Assembly (NCBI GenBank): GCA_964645795.1 | Contig: CAZYCL010000001.1 | Coordinates: 287,194-351,193, forward strand | Source: an uncultured Planctomycetales bacterium | Lineage (GTDB): Bacteria; Omnitrophota; Gorgyraeia; Gygaellales; Profunditerraquicolaceae | Direction: 5' to 3' | DNA: 64,000 nt | In this document: positions 18,924 through 29,535 of the stretch, piece by piece | Layout: each line of letters starts with the position of its first letter | How positions within the stretch are numbered: position 1 is the stretch's first letter | Notes under the pieces: model-generated | Seen by the model: the letters and a program-made list of their open reading frames with translations, nothing else | Database searches by the model: none | Told to the model about the DNA's origin: nothing | Position numbers and translations under genes: made by a program

Positions 18924-20397
18924 CCCTCAAACCCCCTCTTTTGTCCCTGGAGATGAAATTAGCCACTATGCGCGAGCCCGCGATGACCACCGGCAGGCCT
19001 CCCCCGGGCTGAGTGCTGGCGCCCACATAATAGAGGTTCGGTATCTGCAGCCCGAAATCGGGAAGATCGATATTGGGGGGTCTAAAGAACGCGCTCTGCA
19101 TGAGCGTATGCGAGAGGCCGAATGCCGCCCCGAATTTAAGGTTGTAGCGCTTCACAAAATCATGCGGGTAGAATCTGTGCTCTACTTCTATCAGATCTTC
19201 AAGGTTTAAACCGCATACCTGTTTTATCCGCTCGAATATCCGGCCCCTTATCGCCTGCTCGTAATCATATAATTCTGCCTGCTGCCGGTCAAGATTAGAG
19301 ACCGGCACCAGGATGTAAAGGATATCTTTGCCTTCCGGGGCCAGCGATGCGTCGGTATGGGTAGGCACGTGCACATAAAAAGACGGGTCATCCAGCGCAG
19401 TCTTATTCCTGAATATATCCCGCAGATTCTTTGCGAGATCGGCCGAAAAGAAGATATTGTGGTGTTCAAGCCCCTTGACCTTCTTCTTAAGGCCCAGATA
19501 AATAAGATAGGCCGAGCATGAATAATCGTAGCGGGGGATCCTGCGGCCTAAAAGCGCGCTTTGGGCGTAAGCGTAATCGGCGTTAACTACCGTCTTTGCC
19601 GCCTCAAACTCCTCCTTGCCAAAGCATAGCCGCAGCATGGTGCGATTCTGGCGGATAGAATCTATGGGCGTGCGGTAATGAAACTTAACCCCCATCTTGC
19701 GGCAGAGCTTCTCCAGCGCTAAGGGTATCTGATACATGCCGCCCATGGGATGATGGATCTTTTTGGCATGGTCAAGGTAGGTGATTATGCTGTAAAGCGC
19801 CGGGGCGTCGAAGGGAGAGACGCCAATGAACATGGATTCAAAGGTAAAGGCGTTAGAGAGCTTGTCGTTCTTGAATATCCTGCGCACGAAATTCCAGTAG
19901 CTCTCCATGGCGCTTAACCTGTTCAAAAGCAGCCAGTAAACGGGGTTTAGCAGCGTCGAGGGAGTGAAACAGCGGTAGAGCATGGGCTTGACCGTATCGT
20001 ATATGCGGCCGGACCTCTCCATGAATCTGTCGAAGGCGCTCGCAGCGCCTTTTTCTATTTTTTCCAGCTCTTCTCTCGTGCGCCGGCTGTCCTGGAATAT
20101 CGTCAGCGCCTGTCCGTCGGCATAAAATATCTTGTAGCTGGTCTCAAGCGGCACCAGCCTAAGATGATCGTTTATATCGCAGCCGCAGTAAGAAAACAGC
20201 TCTTCAAAAAAATCAGGCATCAGCACAAACGAAGGCCCGGTGTCGAATTTAAAACCCTTATCCTCGATGATGTTACACCTGCCGCCGCAGCCATCCAGCT
20301 TCTCGAAGACCTCGACCTTGTGTCCGCGATAAGCCAGCCGCGCTGCAGACGCCAGCCCGCCGATCCCTGCGCCTACAATGCCTATACTCTTAGCCAT
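18913..20397 (-). CDS. crtI: Phytoene desaturase (CrtI family)
   Basis: N-terminal GAGIGGLASAARLA FAD fold, 494 aa, CrtI-like C-terminus. It converges with ispH. Confidence 0.8.
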   Translation of the reverse strand: MAKSIGIVGAGIGGLASAARLAYRGHKVEVFEKLDGCGGRCNIIEDKGFKFDTGPSFVLMPDFFEELFSYCGCDINDHLRLVPLETSYKIFYADGQALTIFQDSRRTREELEKIEKGAASAFDRFMERSGRIYDTVKPMLYRCFTPSTLLNPVYWLLLNRLSAMESYWNFVRRIFKNDKLSNAFTFESMFIGVSPFDAPALYSIITYLDHAKKIHHPMGGMYQIPLALEKLCRKMGVKFHYRTPIDSIRQNRTMLRLCFGKEEFEAAKTVVNADYAYAQSALLGRRIPRYDYSCSAYLIYLGLKKKVKGLEHHNIFFSADLAKNLRDIFRNKTALDDPSFYVHVPTHTDASLAPEGKDILYILVPVSNLDRQQAELYDYEQAIRGRIFERIKQVCGLNLEDLIEVEHRFYPHDFVKRYNLKFGAAFGLSHTLMQSAFFRPPNIDLPDFGLQIPNLYYVGASTQPGGGLPVVIAGSRIVANFISRDKRGGLRVNR

Positions 20398-20410
20398 GAC
20401 CGCCTCGCTT

Positions 20411-20884
20411 TTATAACCTTGTGATCTTTAATATCTTGTATTTAAGAGAGCCTGCCGGTATCTGGATGTCGACGACCTCATTCTCCCGCCGGTTAAGCAG
20501 GCCTTTGCCTACCGGGGAATCAACGGATATCTTACCCTGCTCATAATCCGCTTCCAGCTCCGAAACCAGCATATACTCAAGCTCCTCATCGGTGAGCATG
20601 TCTTTTAACCTGACCTTCGCCCCGATCAGAACCTGGTCTTTGGGCATATCGGTATCATCTAAAATACGGCACTGCGAAAGCTTCTCTTGAAGCTCGGCGA
20701 TCTTTTTTTCGTTGTGCGCCTGGGCGTCCTTGGCGGCGTCATATTCGGCATTCTCGCTGATATCGCCGTGCGCGCGGGCCTGGGCGATGGCCTCGGAGAA
20801 CTGGCGGCGCTTTACTTTTTTCAAATGCTCCAGCTCTTCGATAAGCTTTGCATAACCGTCTTTGGTCAGATATACTTCTGTCAC
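20411..20884 (-). CDS. greA: Transcription elongation factor GreA (GTG start)
   Basis: GreA motifs begin at VTEVYLTKDGY. GTG at 20882-20884 is preceded by AAGGAGG. The upstream 77 codons in the ORF track look non-coding. Confidence 0.8.
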   Translation of the reverse strand: MTEVYLTKDGYAKLIEELEHLKKVKRRQFSEAIAQARAHGDISENAEYDAAKDAQAHNEKKIAELQEKLSQCRILDDTDMPKDQVLIGAKVRLKDMLTDEELEYMLVSELEADYEQGKISVDSPVGKGLLNRRENEVVDIQIPAGSLKYKILKITRL

Positions 20885-20901
20885 AAATGCCTCCTTAATT
20901 G

Positions 20902-21681
20902 CTATTTCCCGTCCGCGATGTCGCTGGCCCTGACCTCGGGATGCCTGTAACGCCTTCTGCCGACCGTGCTCTTGCCGTACTCTATGGCCTGCTTGGGACA
21001 CCAGTGGAAACAGGCGAAACACTGTTCGCATCGATGCAGCCACCTGGGCCTTGAGCTCTTTAAAACAATATTGTCCGCGGGGCAGACCTTGGCGCAGATG
21101 CCGCAGCCGTCGCAATTATCGGTTGACCGGAAATCCTTATCAAGATACGGGATCTTCGGTGCGCCGAACTTATAAACCAAACCCAGCAACGAATTAAGTA
21201 AGGCCGGGCTTTTGTCAAAATGCTCCCTGCGCTCGTTGACCATGCCGGCGATCTCCTTGACCTTGAGCTTCTCCCCGGAAAAAAGCTTCTCCTGCTTCTG
21301 GTGCCCGGCGGCTTCGTAGAGCGGAGTATAATTACCCGGCATGGGGACCAGAAACCCCGCGGACAACTTCAATCCGCGGCGCCTTAACTCTCCGGCAGCC
21401 TGAGCCAACGCCGGACCGGCCGTCCCCCCCAGCGTAGCTACGGCGAAGATATACGTGCCGGGCTCGGCCTTTATCCGCTTTATAAACCGTGAAACGATCA
21501 GCGGAATTCCGAACATGTAAACCGGGAATACGATCCCCATGATCCCTGTGCAGATGATCTCTTCCTGTTTGATCACCTTGGGTATACTGGTGATGCTGGA
21601 CTGGGGGATTTCTTCGGTCAGGTCCCTGGCGACTTTCAGCGAATTCCCGGTACCGGAAAAATAAAAAATTTCAGTCTGCAT
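20902..21681 (-). CDS. EFR1-family protein: flavodoxin-like domain fused to a 2x[4Fe-4S] ferredoxin
   Basis: N-terminal YFSGTGNS flavodoxin-like start, C-terminal CDGCGICAKVCP and CEQCFACFHWCP. Confidence 0.6.
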   Translation of the reverse strand: MQTEIFYFSGTGNSLKVARDLTEEIPQSSITSIPKVIKQEEIICTGIMGIVFPVYMFGIPLIVSRFIKRIKAEPGTYIFAVATLGGTAGPALAQAAGELRRRGLKLSAGFLVPMPGNYTPLYEAAGHQKQEKLFSGEKLKVKEIAGMVNERREHFDKSPALLNSLLGLVYKFGAPKIPYLDKDFRSTDNCDGCGICAKVCPADNIVLKSSRPRWLHRCEQCFACFHWCPKQAIEYGKSTVGRRRYRHPEVRASDIADGK

Positions 21682-21712
21682 AAAGATCTTTCCTGTAATA
21701 TAAGAGTTGCAA

Positions 21713-22174
21713 TTAGCTTAATAATTTGATTCTGGCCTCTTCGGGCAGGGGCATAGAATGCATCTCTTTATTTACGCAAGCCCAGACAGTCATGGCCCTG
21801 ACCAGAAGAAGTTCGCCTTTCTTTATTTCCTGCTTAAAGTGGATCGAAGAATTACCGATTTTGTCTATGCGCGTAAAGATCCTGATGATATCGGCATAGC
21901 GCGCCGGGGCCTTATACTCGAGCTCCAGGCGGACGACCGGAAACTGCACCCCTTTTTCAGAAAGCTCGGCCAGGTTAAGCCCCTTCTTCAAAAGATACAG
22001 GAACCTGCCCTCTTCAAGATGCTTTAAATAATTTGCGTAATAGACCACGCCGCCGCAATCGGTGTCGTGATAGTAAATCCTGTTCTCGGTGATAAAATCG
22101 GGGTCTTGCGTATTCGTCATATTCCCTGTAGCCTTCCAGGCATATTTTACCATAGAGGAATCCTGAATCAACAA
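21713..22174 (-). CDS. Acyl-CoA thioesterase (YbgC/4HBT hotdog fold). The true start may be an internal Met near 22120.
   Basis: YYHDTDCGGVVYYANYLKHLEEGR is the classic YbgC active-site region. Confidence 0.65.
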   Translation of the reverse strand: MLIQDSSMVKYAWKATGNMTNTQDPDFITENRIYYHDTDCGGVVYYANYLKHLEEGRFLYLLKKGLNLAELSEKGVQFPVVRLELEYKAPARYADIIRIFTRIDKIGNSSIHFKQEIKKGELLLVRAMTVWACVNKEMHSMPLPEEARIKLLS

Positions 22175-22296
22175 TATTAGGAACCTTGAGGCGTACTTTG
22201 GGGACGGTCCTCTTAAGCGCTTTTGGGACGGTTCTCGTTAGGAGTCCTTCCCCAAAGTCAAAGCAACGGTAATCGTAAAAAACTCCCAAAAAAATA

Positions 22297-24254
<1,958 letters not shown>

Positions 24255-24258
<4 letters not shown>

Positions 24259-25202
24259 CTTCTGCGCGGCATAAAAGGGTTTGAGCCGGCGCTGGCTTTA
24301 GGCAAAGAGTACTTCTTGGTCTTGATGATCGCCGTTTCTTTTTCGCTCACCCCGGAAATGATCTCCACGTTTTTCTGGTCGGATACACCCAGCTCTACTT
24401 TGCGCCTCTGAGGCTCTCTGCCTTCCTCTGTTTCTATCAGGACCCAGGCGCCGTCATTGTCTCTCTGGACCGCCTCCTGCGGCAGGAGAAGGATGCCGCT
24501 TTTACTCTTTACCTTAAGCTCTGCAGTCGCGTTCATCCCCGAGCGAAGGAACGCCGGAGGGCTTTCCAACTGCAGGTCCACCTCGTAAACCGTGACGTTA
24601 TTAACGGTCTTGGATTCGTAATATATATGCTCGACCCCGGCCTTGATCTCGGTGTCGGCGTAAGCATCAAGGCTTACCAGCGCCGATTGGCCGAGCCTGA
24701 CCTTGGCCATATCTGTCTCGTCAACCTGGGCCCTGACGATAAGCTGATCGGAAAGGACCAGTATCGGATCGGATGTAGTGACGGCCTGGCCCGGCTGGGT
24801 CTTGGATACGATCACTTCGGCATCGATGGGAGAGATCAGGGGGATAGGCTTGTAGACCTCCTGCCAGTACTTAAGCTCTCCCTCGCCTTTACCGCGCGAG
24901 GCATCAAGCAGCGCGGCGCGCTCAGTCGAGCTCAACCAGGCCAGATTCTGCCCTGCCTTTATGCGCTCCCCCTCTTTTACCAATACGCTTTCTACCCGGC
25001 CGTTAACAGGTGGCTTGATCTCCAGCCTGTTCTTGGGCAGGACCGTAGCGGTAGTGGATATCGTCTCTTCAATATTGCCGCGAAAAGGCCTCATCTCTTT
25101 TATTGTCTCGCCTTCCTTTTTCGCCAAACCGCTCTTGAAGATAAAAAAGGCGGCCGCGCCGGCGGCCAATAAAACCAGAAGTATTATTATTTTATTGCGC
25201 AT
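24255..25202 (-). CDS. macA: Periplasmic adaptor subunit (MacA/HlyD family)
   Basis: Signal anchor, coiled-coil and beta-barrel regions. It is coupled to macB. Confidence 0.7.
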
Positions 25203-26478
25203 ATTCCAGCGTCTCTCCTTTCGCCAATATCCAGCCGGCCTCGGCCAAAAGCGAATCAGCCTGGCTTTCCAGAAAACTTCTTTTCGCGCTTACCAGATCG
25301 TTCTCAATGATTATCCAATTGTCAAATGATATGAAGCCTACCGAGTACTGCCCCTCTGCTATCCTTGAGCGCTCCTCAGACGCCTCCAGGGACTTGCGCT
25401 GCACATCTACCTTTTCAGCCGCGTCCTGCAGGCCTGCCCAGTATTGCCGCAGATTGACCATCGCTGCCTCCCTTATGCTTCTTTCGCTGGAGGCGGCCTG
25501 ATTATAGAGCGCCCTGGCCCGGGATACCTGGGCAAACTTTAAACCGCCCTCAAATATAGGCAAACTTACCCCCAGGGCCATATCCCACTGACTGTCCTTA
25601 GGCGGCCAGCGCGAACTTGACTTGTTCGCCCCGGCAGAAGCGGACAACTCCGGGAAAAAACTTGCCTGCGCCGATTTAAGGCTGAAGGCTTGAGAGTTGG
25701 TTTTGGCAGCGGCTGCCAGCACCGAAGGATTATTATGGATCATTTTCTCGAAATCCGGATCATCCGCAAGCGGCTCCGTTAATTCGAATCCTGCGGCAAC
25801 GCTTATCGGGCTGAACTGCTTTCTGCCCAATTGCCTGGAAAGGGCGTATTGACTGGTCTCCAGGTTTCTTTTGGCCTGAGAGAGCTCAAAATTAGCCTGG
25901 GCAAGATTTGCCTGCGCTGCCAATAATGCCCCCTTATGTTCTAATCCGGATTCATAGCGCAGGGTTATCAAAACGAGGTTATCGCGCCTTATCCTTACTA
26001 TATCTTGTGCTACGCGCACCATCTCCTGTGCCCTTAAGAGGCCGATGAAGGCGGCGCGTAAATTATACCTTACCTGCGATGAGGTATAGCGGAAATTCTC
26101 TCTTGCGCCTTTTACCTCTTCGGAGGCGGCCTTCATCTCCTGGACGGTCTTGAGGCCGTCGAAGATGAGCTGCGAACCTGAAACTCCGTAAGAATACGAA
26201 TCCCTGGTCGTAGTAGTCTCTTTACCTGAAGAGCTTGTCGTAGTTTTGGCGCGCGATGCATCCACGGAGGCGTTAATTTGAGGGTAAAGGCCGCTTGCCG
26301 TAACAGACTTTGCCGCCTTTTTCTCCTTGACCCCTTCTGCGGCATAGATCAGGTCAGGATGGTTCTTCTTTGCCTCAAGGATGCAATCCTGCCAGGAAAG
26401 CGTCTCTTCGGCCAATATCCGCTGCGGCATAAGGCAAAGCAACCATAAAATTATAATGATGGGCCTGCCGGATCTCAT
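25192..26478 (-). CDS. TolC-family outer membrane efflux protein
   Basis: Signal peptide and two repeated helical/beta halves. 428 aa, leading macAB. Confidence 0.7.
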   Translation of the reverse strand: MRSGRPIIIILWLLCLMPQRILAEETLSWQDCILEAKKNHPDLIYAAEGVKEKKAAKSVTASGLYPQINASVDASRAKTTTSSSGKETTTTRDSYSYGVSGSQLIFDGLKTVQEMKAASEEVKGARENFRYTSSQVRYNLRAAFIGLLRAQEMVRVAQDIVRIRRDNLVLITLRYESGLEHKGALLAAQANLAQANFELSQAKRNLETSQYALSRQLGRKQFSPISVAAGFELTEPLADDPDFEKMIHNNPSVLAAAAKTNSQAFSLKSAQASFFPELSASAGANKSSSRWPPKDSQWDMALGVSLPIFEGGLKFAQVSRARALYNQAASSERSIREAAMVNLRQYWAGLQDAAEKVDVQRKSLEASEERSRIAEGQYSVGFISFDNWIIIENDLVSAKRSFLESQADSLLAEAGWILAKGETLEYAQ

Positions 26479-26705
26479 TATTTCTCTTTTAATTTCGAAA
26501 GCATTTTAGTAGCCTGTTCCAGGAACTCGCTGAACTGCGAAGCCGGCAGAAAGCCTATCGGCCCTCCTGCCGGCTTGGCAAAAACGATGAGCTTATCTCC
26601 GGTCTTTATCCCGAACATCTTGCGAAGCTCGGCCGGAACAACCACCTGCCCGCGCTCTCCTACCGTAACCGCCCCGAACATCTTAGGCATGGCAAACTTT
26701 TCCAT
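26478..26705 (-). CDS. AbrB/MazE/SpoVT family DNA-binding protein
   Basis: VTVGERGQVVVPAELRKMFGIKTGDKLIV swapped-hairpin motif. 75 aa. Its start is coupled to tolC. Confidence 0.6.
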   Translation of the reverse strand: MEKFAMPKMFGAVTVGERGQVVVPAELRKMFGIKTGDKLIVFAKPAGGPIGFLPASQFSEFLEQATKMLSKLKEK

Positions 26706-26727
26706 TGATCCCCCTTTTGGTTTGATT

Positions 26728-26774
26728 TACATGAATTACATGATAAGTATAATATAACATGTTAATCATGTCAA
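26728..26774 (-). promoter_or_regulatory. Promoter (TTGACA-17-TATACT) overlapping a cluster of four ACATG half-sites
   Basis: Plus strand TTACATGAATTACATGA...ACATGTTAATCATGT. On the minus strand, TTGACA at 26774-26769 and TATACT at 26751-26746. Confidence 0.4.
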
Positions 26775-26869
26775 CGTTTTAATTACCAATGGCAATGCGA
26801 CCGGTTAAAGAACGGGCGGGCAAAAAGAAAGGGGGTTTTTAAAGCGGCCGGGCAACCGCCTTCTTAATG

Positions 26870-27835
26870 CTACCTTGCCCCCTCCAGGGATTTCAAGTAT
26901 TTGAAATATTCGCTATCGGTGCTTAAGACCACCGTGGAATTGGCATCGATGGTCTTCTGATAGGTTTCCAGCGTCTTCAGGAACGAGTAAAAATCAGGGT
27001 CGCGGGAGTAGGCGTTCGCGTAAATATTTATTGTCTCGGCGTCGGCCTTGCCTTTTAAGATCTGAGCCTGGCGGTAGGCCTCGGAGGTGATAAGCTTCAA
27101 CTCCTTTTCGACCTGGCCCGAGATCTCGGCGGCCTTGCCATGCCCCTCGGAGCGGTATTTTTCGGCGGCGCGCTTCCTTTCGGCGATCATCCGGTCATAG
27201 ACTTTGTTGCGGACCTCGTCCACATAGTTTATGCGTTTAATACGCACATCTATCACCTCTATCCCGTACTGTGGCGCCAGGACTTTGGCCTTCTCCAGGA
27301 TAGAGCGCGTCAGGTTGAACCTGCCCGCCGCTATCCTCTCCAGGGCATCCTCGCCTACGATAGCGTCCTCCCCAAGTTCTTTGGTCTCGAGGATCCGGTT
27401 GGTATTCCTTACCGCATCTACCAATAGATGGCCGGTGATGGCGTCACGGGTAGCGGAGTTGATGATATCATCCAGCCGGCTCTGAGCTATAAGCTCATTG
27501 CCTACGGACTGCAGGAATTTAAGCGCATCGACTATCTTCCAGCGGGCCATCGTATCTACCCAGATATACTTCTTATCTTTGGTCGGGATCTGGTTCGGGT
27601 CGCCGTCCCAGTCCAGTATCCTCTTTTCAAAGTAGTGCGCCTCCTGGATGAGCGGCGTCTTAAAATGCAGCCCGGCATCGGTTACCGGCCTGCCCACGGG
27701 TTTGCCGAACTGAGTGATAACTACCTGCTTGGTCTCATCCAGTATGTATATCGCCCCGGTCATGAATGCCAGAGCTATTACGATGACCAGGAATACGATT
27801 ATGCCTGCAATAGTGCCTGGGGCGCCCTTTATCAT
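26870..27835 (-). CDS. hflC: HflC (band-7 protease modulator)
   Basis: SPFH domain, paired with hflK. Confidence 0.8.
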   Translation of the reverse strand: MIKGAPGTIAGIIVFLVIVIALAFMTGAIYILDETKQVVITQFGKPVGRPVTDAGLHFKTPLIQEAHYFEKRILDWDGDPNQIPTKDKKYIWVDTMARWKIVDALKFLQSVGNELIAQSRLDDIINSATRDAITGHLLVDAVRNTNRILETKELGEDAIVGEDALERIAAGRFNLTRSILEKAKVLAPQYGIEVIDVRIKRINYVDEVRNKVYDRMIAERKRAAEKYRSEGHGKAAEISGQVEKELKLITSEAYRQAQILKGKADAETINIYANAYSRDPDFYSFLKTLETYQKTIDANSTVVLSTDSEYFKYLKSLEGAR

Positions 27836-28830
27836 TGTTTGCCTCCTTCCCGGTTAAGATACAACAATGGCAAAGCCGAGGCGCCCTTAGAATCCATAAT
27901 GAACTTCTCCTTGGCCTTCGGAAGGACATCCATCAGCGTCTCCAGATATAGCCTCTTTTTGGTTATGGCCGGGGCTTTTTTGTACTCTTCGACCCTGGCC
28001 AGGAACCTGTCGGCTTCGCCTTTTGCGCGGTTAACCTTGTCCAGGGCGTAGCCTTCCGCCTCACGGATGGTCTTCTCCGCTTCGCCTCTGGCCCTGGGAA
28101 TTACTTTATTATATGCCTCCCAGGCCTGATTTATCATCTTCTCCTTCTCCTGCTTGGCTTCGTTGACCTCGTTAAAAGCGGGCTTGACCTTTTCCGCGGG
28201 ATTGACGTCAAGGAGCTTTACCGTGATGATCTGAACGCCGGTCTGATACTCGTCAAGCACCTGCTGCATCTCTGCCTGGGCCAGACCGTCTATCTCCTCC
28301 CTCTTGTTAGTAAGCACCTCGTCCACGCTGTAATCGCCGACCAAACGGCGCATCACCACCTCCGAGATGTCGCGGATGTTATTCAGCGGATTCCTTACCG
28401 CGAAAAGCAGCTTTACCGGGTCTTTTATCCTGAACTGCACGATCCAGCGCACGTCGAGGATATTCAGGTCTCCCGTAAGCATCAGCGACTCCTCTTCATG
28501 CCTGCCGCCTCCCAAATACCTGCCTCTTTCCTGTCTCAGGCTCCTTGCGCCAAACTCCTCCTTGAATATCTTCTCCACTTTTATCGGCGTCAACTTGTCA
28601 ATGCCAAAAGGAAGCTTCAGATGGAGGCCCGGAGGGCTAAGATAGAGGTATTTGCCGAACCTTTGTATCACCCCTACCTCATCCGGCCCTATCGAGTAGA
28701 TAGTGCCTTTAAGCCCCAAAAGGACCAGCAGTATCGCCAGGGCCCAGGGCAGCATGTTCGAAAACCCGCCGAACTTTTTCTTGCCTACATCGATGATCTC
28801 TTCCGGAGTGGGGATGTTTTGCCATTCCAT
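27832..28830 (-). CDS. hflK: HflK (FtsH modulator)
   Basis: SPFH domain, TM anchor, coupled to hflC. Confidence 0.8.
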   Translation of the reverse strand: MEWQNIPTPEEIIDVGKKKFGGFSNMLPWALAILLVLLGLKGTIYSIGPDEVGVIQRFGKYLYLSPPGLHLKLPFGIDKLTPIKVEKIFKEEFGARSLRQERGRYLGGGRHEEESLMLTGDLNILDVRWIVQFRIKDPVKLLFAVRNPLNNIRDISEVVMRRLVGDYSVDEVLTNKREEIDGLAQAEMQQVLDEYQTGVQIITVKLLDVNPAEKVKPAFNEVNEAKQEKEKMINQAWEAYNKVIPRARGEAEKTIREAEGYALDKVNRAKGEADRFLARVEEYKKAPAITKKRLYLETLMDVLPKAKEKFIMDSKGASALPLLYLNREGGKQ

Positions 28831-28845
28831 TGACCTTCCTCCTTT

Positions 28846-29454
28846 TTAGACGGTAAACGTTGAATAAGGCGAAATGATGCCGCCGGAAATTATGAACTTC
28901 AGCGCCTGGTCTACCGACACATCCAGGACCTTTATCTTTTCCGGCGGCAATAAAAGCAGTATGCCTGAAAACGGGGTCGGGGCCAAAGGCACGAATACGC
29001 TTACCAGGTCATCTTCGGACCTGGGGCTTAGGATCCCCACGTTATCGTTAGTGATGAAACCTACCGCGTAAGAGGTATCTGTCGGATACTGCACCAGGAC
29101 CGCCTTTTTGTATTTGCCCCCGGCGCCTGCATCAAAAAAGAACTTCGACAGCTGCTTGGCCGCGGGATACACCCCTGCCACAAAGGGGAGCTTCATCAGG
29201 GACCTCTCCAGCAATGGGACCAGCTTCCTGCCGATGACGCGGGTCGAGACCAGCCCTACGGTAAGGATAAACAAGAACAGGATCAACAACCCCAGCCCCG
29301 GTATCCTGAACCCGAAGTTCTGCCATAAGTAGGAGTTGATATGCTTTCCCGCAAGGTTGTCCGCCATACGCAAAAGCATTATCCCTATGTATGTCGTGAT
29401 AAAGAACGGCAGGATCACTCCGGTCCCGGCTAACAGATACCTTCTTATCTTCAT
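28846..29454 (-). CDS. DUF502 family membrane protein
   Basis: Two TM helices plus a conserved cytoplasmic domain. 202 aa. Confidence 0.5.
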   Translation of the reverse strand: MKIRRYLLAGTGVILPFFITTYIGIMLLRMADNLAGKHINSYLWQNFGFRIPGLGLLILFLFILTVGLVSTRVIGRKLVPLLERSLMKLPFVAGVYPAAKQLSKFFFDAGAGGKYKKAVLVQYPTDTSYAVGFITNDNVGILSPRSEDDLVSVFVPLAPTPFSGILLLLPPEKIKVLDVSVDQALKFIISGGIISPYSTFTV

Positions 29455-29535
29455 GGCGTCCTCAAGTATTATTTTAATATAAAAGATTAAAGATAGGATG
29501 AAGAGAAAATTAATTTTTCTTAATCTTCGGGGAGC

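Noticed and set aside
20885-21115. N-terminal 77-codon extension of the greA ORF in the track
   Set aside because: GreA homology starts at the GTG at 20884, which has an AAGGAGG SD. The extension is Arg/Gln-rich, low-complexity, and overlaps the EFR1 gene.
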